This document shows positions 20,078 to 30,400 of a DNA stretch of 64,000 bases, one piece after another. How positions within the stretch are numbered: the first letter of the stretch is position 1; every line of letters starts with the position of its first letter. The position numbers and the translations under genes are program-made. The DNA is from Candidatus Woesearchaeota archaeon (lineage in GTDB: Archaea > Nanobdellota > Nanobdellia > Woesearchaeales > GW2011-AR15). Where the stretch lies: the NCBI GenBank assembly GCA_038874655.1, contig JAVZBY010000003.1, positions 41,808-105,807 on the forward strand. The letters are read 5' to 3'. The notes beneath the pieces are model-generated. The model had not been told where the DNA came from, made no database searches, and saw only the letters and a list, made by a program, of their open reading frames with translations.

Positions 20078-21517
20078 CTATTTATTTTTATTTAAATAAT
20101 TAAACAATTTATCAACTTTAGCAGGATTCCAACCTTTTTTTATCAATTTCTCTTTGATTTCTTCATTACTAAACAATTTCTGTAGATCTCTAATTTTATT
20201 TAATGTTTCTTCATCAAAAAGCAAATCATCAAAATTAGACGAATTAACAAATGATTTTGAAATATTTTCTTTCTCTATTGATTTTGATTTAAAAATTGTA
20301 TAAACTAAATATAAGGATAATAAAACAAAAATTATCAATAGAAAAACTAAAACATTAACTAAAGTTATATTTGATATAATATTTGAAACAAATTTCTTCA
20401 TACTAAATGTTCCTGGGATTTCTTCAACAACATTTTTATTTATATTCTCATCTATAATAATAAAATCTTCCAAACTTGAAGTACTTCCTTCATAATTTAA
20501 AGTGATAACTATCTTATATTTACCTTTATCAAAATTTCTTGCATCCAAATAAGATTCTAATGTTTTTTTTTCTAATCTCCCTAAATTGGTATCAAAACTT
20601 CTAAAATTAGTTAATTTTGTTTTTTTATCTTCGGTATAAACATCAACAATAGCATATATATTATTAATTTCCTTATTCCATTCGCTCTCTACTTCAATAT
20701 CAAATTTATTAATACTTCTATATTCAATTAATTTTGTAAAATTTAAGATTTTAACATTTTTTTGTCCTATTCTAAAATAATATGTTTGATTGCTTATATT
20801 ACCATCATAATTAAGATATGCTATAGCATAATATTCTCCTGATAATAAACCATTTGCATCAAAAGAAGTTGTCAATGATTTTTCTTCCTTAGATTTCAAA
20901 TTATATATTTCATTTGTTCTTAATTGTCTTATTTGTTGATTATCAATATTATAAACATAAATATCTGCATATGCTTTTTCTATTGTTGGCACACCGATAT
21001 TTTTAACATTTATATTAAAATCTTGTTTATCATTTAAATTCATAGGTGGCAAACTAATAGTCCATTCAACTGCCTTCCATGGATATAAAACATAAATTAA
21101 ATATCTTAATCCAACAACAGGCCTAGCAACTAAACCACCATAAGTATCTTTTGCAATATCTCTTAAAAAAACAATAATTTCATTTTCACCTGGAGAATCT
21201 AAATTATTCGGCAAATTAATTAAAACCTTAAATTTTCTTGTTTCTCCTGCAGGAACATCTTTAAAAGTATTAGGTTCTATAATAACATATTGTCTTAAAT
21301 CAACTTTACTTTTAGATTCAACAAAAAACTCATAATCAGCCAAATAACCATCGTTTGCTATTAGTTCATAATCAAAAACATATTTTTTATTTGGTTCATA
21401 ATCAAATCTCCTTAAAAAATCACCACTATTTGAAGAAATCCCTAACCCATAAATAAAAAAACTAGTTACAATAAGATTCAAAATAAGAAAAAATAAAAAA
21501 TAAATTTTTTTTTTCAT
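20078..21517 (-). CDS. Multi-Ig membrane-anchored protein, DUF916/WxL-interacting or pilus-chaperone-like
   Basis: Signal peptide ending YG/LGIS, three beta-sandwich units, C-terminal TM helix and cytoplasmic helical module. Paralogue of 23314-24480. Confidence 0.55.
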   Translation of the reverse strand: MKKKIYFLFFLILNLIVTSFFIYGLGISSNSGDFLRRFDYEPNKKYVFDYELIANDGYLADYEFFVESKSKVDLRQYVIIEPNTFKDVPAGETRKFKVLINLPNNLDSPGENEIIVFLRDIAKDTYGGLVARPVVGLRYLIYVLYPWKAVEWTISLPPMNLNDKQDFNINVKNIGVPTIEKAYADIYVYNIDNQQIRQLRTNEIYNLKSKEEKSLTTSFDANGLLSGEYYAIAYLNYDGNISNQTYYFRIGQKNVKILNFTKLIEYRSINKFDIEVESEWNKEINNIYAIVDVYTEDKKTKLTNFRSFDTNLGRLEKKTLESYLDARNFDKGKYKIVITLNYEGSTSSLEDFIIIDENINKNVVEEIPGTFSMKKFVSNIISNITLVNVLVFLLIIFVLLSLYLVYTIFKSKSIEKENISKSFVNSSNFDDLLFDEETLNKIRDLQKLFSNEEIKEKLIKKGWNPAKVDKLFNYLNKNK

Positions 21518-21569
21518 TTTTACATTAAAAGAGTTTAATTAAAAAATATAAAAATTAAAATTATAAAAA

Positions 21570-22226
21570 TTAAACTTGTGTTGTATAAAATTCTATTGTA
21601 CTATTTTCATATGTTCCTGCAGGTAAATCTACTGGAATTAGTACATTAACATCAACAGCAATACTATCTTCTGTATCAGGATAATATTTTAATCGTTGAC
21701 ATAATGTAACATTCTCTGATAATTCTACCCATGGCCAAGTATATAATCCTGTTGCACATGAATTTGCTTCATTCTCTCTTGCTACAACAGTCAAATTATA
21801 ACCTAATGCACCATTATAATTATTGAAAAAACTTTTTGCAGATGGTCCTCTTACTGAAACAGATACATTAACATTACCATTATTTTCTATTATAAAGCTT
21901 GTTGGTGTTGTATTTCCTGTCCAGCAATCAGTATTATCAATAAAAGTTAATCCTGCTGTTAGATTTGCAAATGTCTTTCCATTTAAATTAATTTCATCAC
22001 AACTAGAATTTATAAAGCCTACTCCAAAATCTATTACAGAATTTAATAATGCTATACTAATAGAATTTTGCACACTTAAATTTATTCTACCCATTTCTGT
22101 TGCTTTTGCTGTCGGATATGTGCTAATCGCAATTTTATTTAATTGATTCATCAATAAAAAAGTAGATGAAACAGAAAAAAAAATTGATAGCATTATAACA
22201 AATGCTAAAAACTTATTACTAACCAT
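21570..22226 (-). CDS. Putative fibre/pilin-like subunit, paralogue 2
   Basis: SNKFLA-TM leader, GRINLSV strand, IDFG, IIENNGN and terminal IPVDLPAGTYENSTIEF. Confidence 0.65.
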   Translation of the reverse strand: MVSNKFLAFVIMLSIFFSVSSTFLLMNQLNKIAISTYPTAKATEMGRINLSVQNSISIALLNSVIDFGVGFINSSCDEINLNGKTFANLTAGLTFIDNTDCWTGNTTPTSFIIENNGNVNVSVSVRGPSAKSFFNNYNGALGYNLTVVARENEANSCATGLYTWPWVELSENVTLCQRLKYYPDTEDSIAVDVNVLIPVDLPAGTYENSTIEFYTTQV

Positions 22227-22246
22227 GTTTTCACCTATTAGTTTTA

Positions 22247-22897
22247 TTAAACTTGCACAGCATAAAATTCAATAGTGCTATTTTCATAAGTTCCTGCTGG
22301 TAAATCAACTGGAATTAATACATTAACATCTATTGCAATACTATCTTGTGAGTCTGGATAATATTTTAAACGAGTGCAAAATGATGCATTATTATTTAAT
22401 TGCACATAACTTGATTGTAATGTGCCTGCACATGAATTTGCTTCATAATTCCTTGCCAATGCTGTTAAATTATATGTGAAAGAACCATTATACATACCAA
22501 AAAATGCTCTTGGATCTGGTCCTCTTATTGAAACAGATACATTAACATTACCATTATTCTCTACTATTATACTTGTTGGTGTTTTGTTGCCTGTCCAACA
22601 ATCACTTGTATCAATAAAAGCTGCGCCTGCTGTCAAATTTGCTGCTGTCTTGCTATTTGATAAAATCTCTGAACAACTAACATTAACAAAACCTGTGCCA
22701 AAATCAACTGTTGCATTATAAAGTATTATACTAATTGAATTCTGAACTGATAAATTTACTTTTCCAGGAACATTTTGTGCTTGGCCAGTAATCCCAAAAG
22801 GATTTAATTTATTTAATGAATAAATTGTTACTCCCAAAGAAACAACAATTGACATAACCAAAAAAAGTGCTAATGTTCTATTTGAAATATCATCCAT
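22247..22897 (-). CDS. Putative fibre/pilin-like subunit, paralogue 1
   Basis: ISNRTLA-TM leader, GITGQA, GKVNLSV strand, VDFG, IVENNGN and the same terminal IPVDLPAGTYENSTIEF. Strong SD GGAGGT. Confidence 0.65.
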   Translation of the reverse strand: MDDISNRTLALFLVMSIVVSLGVTIYSLNKLNPFGITGQAQNVPGKVNLSVQNSISIILYNATVDFGTGFVNVSCSEILSNSKTAANLTAGAAFIDTSDCWTGNKTPTSIIVENNGNVNVSVSIRGPDPRAFFGMYNGSFTYNLTALARNYEANSCAGTLQSSYVQLNNNASFCTRLKYYPDSQDSIAIDVNVLIPVDLPAGTYENSTIEFYAVQV

Positions 22898-22908
22898 TTT
22901 TTTACCTC

Positions 22909-23151
22909 CTATTCTTCCTTTAAAACTTGGAATATTATTTTACCTGTTGTTTTAATTCCACTTGGTGCATTTGGATCAATAACTTGTAAAGAAATTTTCG
23001 CATTCTGACTACTTGTGCCTTGCTGTACTGGCGCATTATTCAATCTGTTAATCTCTGTCAATACAGTAAAAGTACCAAGAATTGATATAACAACTGCCAA
23101 AACAACTAATATCACAACTATGCTTTTTGGCAAATCTTCTTTTTCATCCAT
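22909..23151 (-). CDS. Small membrane-anchored protein carrying two beta-strand peptides
   Basis: TM helix followed by AKISLQV and GKIIFQV segments. ATG at 23151 is preceded by a GGGGTGGGG SD-like run (ORF track start 23160). Confidence 0.6.
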   Translation of the reverse strand: MDEKEDLPKSIVVILVVLAVVISILGTFTVLTEINRLNNAPVQQGTSSQNAKISLQVIDPNAPSGIKTTGKIIFQVLKEE

Positions 23152-23313
23152 AAACCCCACCCATTACAAAGTAATAACAAATAATTAAATTATATTTAAC
23201 AAATTTTTTTTATTATTAACTAATATATAAACTTTACTCTTTTTAAATACTAAAAAAAAAAGTAAGATATAAAATACTAAATCTACTTAATTTCTCCTAA
23301 ATCTAAAAATTTA

Positions 23314-24480
23314 TTAGTTATTTCTCTTTTTAAGAATAAAAATAATCAAAATTATATTCAATAAAATTAAAATTATAACACCTATAATTAAAATATTTAA
23401 TTGAAATTTATTTCCTTGTCCAATAACTTTTGCACTCACATAATTTTTAAAATTCACCGAATCTGGTGATACATAAGCAGTATAAGTTTTTTCAGAAATT
23501 TTATCTTCATAAATAACCTTTGTAGAGAGCTCATATTCACCTATAGTTAAACCTTCTGTATTCCAATACGCATTCATAATTGAAGTTGATTTTTCATTAA
23601 TACTAACAGGAATTGCATTAAAAGTTGAAATTAATTTATTATCTTTAAAAACATCAACTTTTCCTTCTGCCTTAATTTGCTTGTTCCATTTATTTCTTAA
23701 ATAGATATCTAGTTTTGCAATTTGACCTATTTTAAAATTATTTATTTCTATTTTTTCAATTTCAACTTCTAAATTTCCAACATCAAATTTTTGATAGAAT
23801 TCTAAAATCTTAGAATCATATTCTAATGTTGCTTCTAAAACATAGCTTCCAGAATGTTCAGTTTGCCAGGTTAAAATAAAACTTTCTTCTTTATTCGACT
23901 CTATTGACTTTGATTCTGATGTTGCTTTATATAATTCTTCATTTGTTGGACCCTTAATTACTAAATTAATTTTTGCATTTTCTATTTTTTCCTTTCCAAA
24001 ATTTTTTATTGCAAATGTAAAAATAATAGGCTCATTAACTTTTGTATTTGTTATAAATAAATTACCCTCTGCATATTTTCCAGGATAGGGTACATTAACT
24101 ATTATTTTATGCATTACTGCAGGAGCTGCCATTATAACATCATTTTGCATTTCTCTAGGTAATTCCAAAACAATTAAAGAACATGATCTTTCACCTGGAG
24201 GTAATTCATTTGGTAGTTGAATCTTATAATTAATCCATGTTTCTTTATTTTCAATAATCATCGTTTCTTTATCAAGTGAAATATATTTTGCTAATTCTCC
24301 TTCTTTCGAAATTATTATTTTAGTAGGTGTATCATCAACAACTACTCTAAAAGCCCCTTCTTGTTGAAATTGATTAAAATCAAACTTATTTTTAGCAGGA
24401 GCTATTCCTAATCCAAAGATCATATTTATATTTACTAAAAACATAATTAACATAATAAATTTTAAAAATATTTTTCTCAT
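23314..24480 (-). CDS. Multi-Ig membrane-anchored protein, DUF916/WxL-interacting or pilus-chaperone-like
   Basis: Signal peptide ending FG/LGIAP, LPPGE..IVNVPYPG unit, two further Ig units and a C-terminal TM helix. ATGA overlap with the adhesin gene. Confidence 0.55.
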   Translation of the reverse strand: MRKIFLKFIMLIMFLVNINMIFGLGIAPAKNKFDFNQFQQEGAFRVVVDDTPTKIIISKEGELAKYISLDKETMIIENKETWINYKIQLPNELPPGERSCSLIVLELPREMQNDVIMAAPAVMHKIIVNVPYPGKYAEGNLFITNTKVNEPIIFTFAIKNFGKEKIENAKINLVIKGPTNEELYKATSESKSIESNKEESFILTWQTEHSGSYVLEATLEYDSKILEFYQKFDVGNLEVEIEKIEINNFKIGQIAKLDIYLRNKWNKQIKAEGKVDVFKDNKLISTFNAIPVSINEKSTSIMNAYWNTEGLTIGEYELSTKVIYEDKISEKTYTAYVSPDSVNFKNYVSAKVIGQGNKFQLNILIIGVIILILLNIILIIFILKKRNN

Positions 24481-27400
24481 GCCTGCTCACCCACTATATA
24501 AATTGTTACATATTTTGGGCCGCCAGGCTCATACATCGGAACTGTTATATTAATATCAATTTGTGCAGTATCATGTTCATCACTATAATTTAAATTTCTT
24601 AATAATGTGGAATTTGAAATTGATATATCTGTCATATTTGCCCATTCTGTTTGTGAATTTGCATAATCAAAAGAAGGCATTTCACTAGTATTATCTGCTT
24701 TATATCTAAAATAAATTGTATTTAAAGGCGCCATTATAAATGGTGATTGATTAGCACCAATTCTTGTAATATTAACAACAATATTACCATTATTCTCTAT
24801 TATTAGAGGTGGATAACCATTATCAGTATCTTTTGATTCTAAAATATTCATTATTCCAAAATCAATTGAATTAACAGTTAAATTTATACTTAAAAAAGAT
24901 TCAATTGTAAAGTTCCATGCTAGACTCCATAGACTATAATTAAAACCATCATATGCCCGAACACTCCAATTAATTAGTCTATCAACACAAAAATCATAAT
25001 TTGGTTGATAACTTGTATCAGAAACATTAATACTAACATCTGGACCACATTCGAAAGTAGAGGAAAAACTAATATTTATTGTATAATTTATATCATCATA
25101 ATCTAAATCTGAGCTATTAAACAGAAATAAAGGTTTTCTTTCATGTATAGTATGATTATTGTTTGTTGGGGTTATTAATATTGGAATAGTTGGTGGACTA
25201 TTAACAATTGTTGTTTTTGTTGAATTATAATTACTTGAATCAATACCATCGTATGCTTTTATAGTGCAGTTCCATATTTCATTCTTTTTTGTATTAGAAC
25301 TGGCTATAAATGATATTAAAGTATTTGTGTTATTATTCACACTAACATTTCCTGATGAAAATAAATTAGTTCCATTATACCAAAAATATTCAACTCTTAA
25401 AGAGGTGTTTAAATCATCAACGATAGTTGCATAACAATTTAAATTTGATGTGGTATTTGGCTCATTAGGTAAAATTTGTATGTTTGAAACTCTTGGAGGG
25501 GAATTTAAATTAATTCTTACCTTTGTACTATTTTTAGTAATTCCATCTTGATAACCATCATTAGGTGTTACTGAGCAAATTAGTTCATCGTTTAAATTAA
25601 ACGCATATCTTAATAATTCATTATTAGTTCTATTTAATATACCATAATTATATTCATTTAGAATTTCTTCATCAGATAAAATATAATTATATATTTTGAT
25701 TTCATCTATAAACCCATTATAAGGTGCTTTTCCTGTATTATGTAAAGCCCAATTTGACAAACCACTAGATGCACCAATAACTAAATTTAAAATTGAGTTT
25801 GAAATATTACTATTCACTTGAGAAGAATTTTTATTCATACCATTAACATATAATTTAAAAATATCTCTATTTAAAGTTAATAACAAATGTGTCCAATTAT
25901 TTTGTTTTATCGTCTCATTACTAATCACTTCATTTCCAAACTTTCTAATAATTAATGCTGAATCTGTTGTGTTTATTGAATATCTACCACCTAATATTAA
26001 ATTTTCCCTGGAATCAAAGGTACCTACTTGAAAAACATCCTTATAATTAGATAAATCTAAAGTAAAATTATAAACCTGTGAACCTGTTTTATTCAATTTA
26101 AATACAAAAATAACATTATTTGTTGAATTTAACCAATAAAAACCTAGGCCATAAATATCATTATTTGAATCAATTAAAATTTTCTGTATGCTATCATTAA
26201 ATGGTGTTGGATTTAAAATATAATTCCATAAGTTATTACCATTTTTATCAAACTTCATCACATTAATATAGCTATCTATTGGTTGATTTGCGATTCCTGC
26301 AATTATTAAATTATCTTCACTATCTACCTTCATATCTTGAAGTGTATCATTATATATTGTTGGGTTTGTAGTAATATTGAAAAGATTCACTCCTGTAGGT
26401 GAAAATTTCACTATTCTATACTGAAAATTACCTAAAAGTTGATCATATCCTCCTATATAATACGAACCATCTAATGCCTTAACAATAATATTAGCAGAAT
26501 CAATTCCTGAACTAATTTGAGGAGTATAATTCCACAAATTTACACCATTTTCATTAAAAGCTGAAACAAACCAATCATAAACAGTTGTTGCTTTAATCCC
26601 CACTGCAATTATCAATGTATCATTATAAACTAAAACATCATTATAAAGATCTGTTCCTGATGTCGGATTAAATGTTCTATTCCATAAATAAGTTCCTGTA
26701 GAATTATATTTAACTAAATAATGACTATGCCCTACTACTGAATCATATATATATCCTGCTACATAAATGTTATTTCTTGAATCTACATCTACACCTAAAT
26801 ATCTATCATGACCTAAATTTGGATAAGTATAATTAAAAAGTAAAGTTCCATTTGGTGAAAATTTCATAATTATTTGATCAATAGAATAAGGGTTATTATT
26901 ACCTGCTCCAACAGCTATAAAATTATCTTCATTATCAACTATTAAATCTGTTAAATATTCATAATATGTATCATCATTTAAATCATTTAAAAAGTAATTT
27001 TTTCTAAATTCATATAAAGTTTTGTTTTTATTATTTTCATTTAAAGAAACTCCTGGATAACCATTAAGTAAAAATATTGAATATATTCCATTACTCAGAA
27101 TATTATCTATTACATCAAACCTTGTAGGCTTTATCCATAATGAAATAGAGATATTATTACTTTTTAGTAAATTTGTATTATTAACATAAATAAAATTAGT
27201 GCCATTAAAATTATATCCTCCAAATACCTTACCAAATTTTCTTGACCAATTTAAATTATTTGAAAAATTTATACTAGTATTATAGCCACTGTAATCTTTT
27301 GTAAAAGTATTATTACTTCCTCCTTCAAACGGCAAATACAACAAATAAATACTTTGATTATTTTTATACCAAGTAGTTATATTTACAACTTGATCTCCAT

Positions 27401-30400
27401 CTGCATCAAAAACATTATTAGCATTACAAGTCAAATTATTAAAAGTATAAGCAGGATCAGGCGTGATATAAGGATTATCATGTGTTGGTGCATCATTAAG
27501 TTTTATTTTCACACTTGAGCTGTTTTTAGTTATGCCATCCTGATAACCATCATTGGGTGTTATAGAACATTTCCATTCATCTTCAAAATTAGTATTTGTA
27601 AAAGATATAATATTACTTAATTTTCCTGAAATTCCTAAAAGATAATCATTATATATCTGCTGATCTGATAATACAAAATTATACACCTTAACCTCATCAA
27701 TTGTACCATTAAAAAATTGTGTATTTGGTAAACCTATTCCCCCTCTTCTACCTATGTTGATAGATTTATTTACAGTATAAATAACATTACCATTTGCTTG
27801 CTTACTATTATCCAAAACCCCATTTACATATAAAAGTAATTTCGAATTATCATATACTCCTACTATATAATACCATTTTCTTTTTCCTAATACTGTATTA
27901 GAGGTAATATTTTGAGATGCAAAACCATTGTTATTCGATGCGAAAAACCTAACTCTACTTTCATTAGAAATTTGTAATCCATAGCCATCATCTCCCCCAC
28001 CATCTTCATCAGTACTTATAATCATTTGATAAGTATTATTATCAAAAAGATATATCCATGCAGAAACACTAAAATTATTATAAGGCCTTAAATTAGGATT
28101 TGAAGGAAAAACAATATATTGATAATTTCCATTAAACACATAAGCACCTCCTATTATACCTGCAGTTGTGTCAAATGTAGCATTAACCACAGATGCATTA
28201 GTAAAACTTACATAATCTAATGTTGAACCATTTTTTGAATATGTTCCAGTTATTGAACCTCCTTCAAACGGCAAATACAACAAATAAATACTTTGATTAT
28301 TTTTATACCAAGTAGTTATATTTACAACTTGATCTCCCTCTGCATCAAAAACATTATTAGCATTACAAGTCAAATCACTAAAAATATTTGCTGGATTAGG
28401 TGTGATATAAGGATCATCATGTGTTGGTGCAGAAGGATATATTTTAACAGAACTACTGTTTTTAGTTATCCCATCTACATAGCCATCATTTGGAGTTATA
28501 GAGCATTTAATTTCATCATTTAATTTTAAATTTAAATATTTTAAATCTAAAAATTGTTCCTTATTTGAGAAAGAAAAAGGATAAATTATTGAATTAATAT
28601 ATGAAATAGAGAGAGGAATATTAAAAATTTTAACTTCATCAATAATACCATTAAAAAATTCTGTATTAGGTTGATAAGTACCACCTATTCTACCTATATT
28701 TATAGAATTATTAACAGTATATACTACATTTCCATTTCCTATTTTTCTACCAACTAATAAACCATTAATATAAAGAGATATTTCAGAATTATTATAAACT
28801 CCAACAATATTATACCATATATTTTTTCCTAAAGTAATATTTGAAGTTACATTTTGTAAAGCATAGCCATTAGAATTTAAAACTGCAAAGCTAACTCTTC
28901 CTTGATCAGTTATTCTTAAAAAATATCCATCATCATTACCTCCATCACTATCTGAAGAAATAATTGTTTGATTTGTATTATTTGAATTTAAACTTATCCA
29001 AACTGAGATACTAAAATTATTATAAGGCCTTAAATCATTATTAGAAGGCACGGAGATATAATCATAATCCCCATCAAAAAAATATGCTCCTCCTATTATA
29101 CCTGAAAACTGCAAATATGTTGCATTTACTACACTAACATTTTTTAAAGAAACATAATCTCTTGTAGAACCATTTGAAAAATTATCGCCACTAGTTGAAC
29201 CTCCTTCAAAAGGTAAATTTAATGAATAAATACTTTTATTATTAATATACCATGTTGTTATGTTTCTAATAAAATGATCCTCATAATCTATTAGATTTGT
29301 AGTATCACAAAAGATTGTTTTATTTAAAGTTGGTGTTTGTGGGTTAATTTGTGGATTATCATGTATAGGTTCTGTATTATTAATAAAAAACCACAATCCT
29401 TCTTCGTAAAAATAAATTATATCTGGAAACTCTCCTATTTCAGAGGAATATATAATTCTATCACTATTATTAAACTCTATACAATGAACTATTAGATCTA
29501 TAGCTTGAGATGCTAAAATATGATAATATACTGAAATATTATGTTCTCTAACAACACAAGATTGTGGTAAAGTAATATTGTTATTAAGATTAGAAATAAT
29601 TTTAACATTGGTAACATTATTTGGTTTATAATAAATTGAGGAGATATAATAATCATTTGCTTCACTACCAGTAAACCAATTACCATCAAAGAAAGCTTGT
29701 GCATTAACACATCCTCCTACTGCATTACAACCACTTATATTACTAAATTCAACATAATAATAATAACTAGGATCATAAGCATAATCACTTACATAAGCTA
29801 AATCATTTTCAAACTCAAAAAGCAAAGTAGCATAACCAGCTTTAATCATGTAATTTTTTAGATAAGCAGTTTGATTACATTCAAAATTTGGAATAAACAA
29901 TTTTTTGATTTTAACAGAGTTTTCAGATAAATCAGAGTAATTATAAGTGATATTATTAACATCAACTATTAATAATTTATCTAGGAGAGGGTAATTACCA
30001 CAACTTAGGTTTAAAAATAACATTTCATCAAAAGTTTGATTATTATCAACAGAGATTTCAGTCCAATTAGCATTAGTAGAGCTAATAGATAAATTAGCAA
30101 TTCCGCTAGTATTAAAAGCCACAATCCATATTTCATTATCTTTTAGATAGGTGTAAGGATTCAGTACAATTATAGAAATTTCAAAAGTTTGATTACTTAG
30201 ATGAGGCACAATCCATTCAATTTTATCAATTAAGCCATTATCATTAGTATCAAAATAATTAACATTTTCAAACAATATTTTCTGATCATCTTTAAACCAA
30301 TAAACCTTTATATTTTCTTTTTTAGATTCTTTAATATTAGTATAAGCTAGGACATTTTCATAATGCAAATCTGATGAAATAACAACATGTTTTTTATTTT

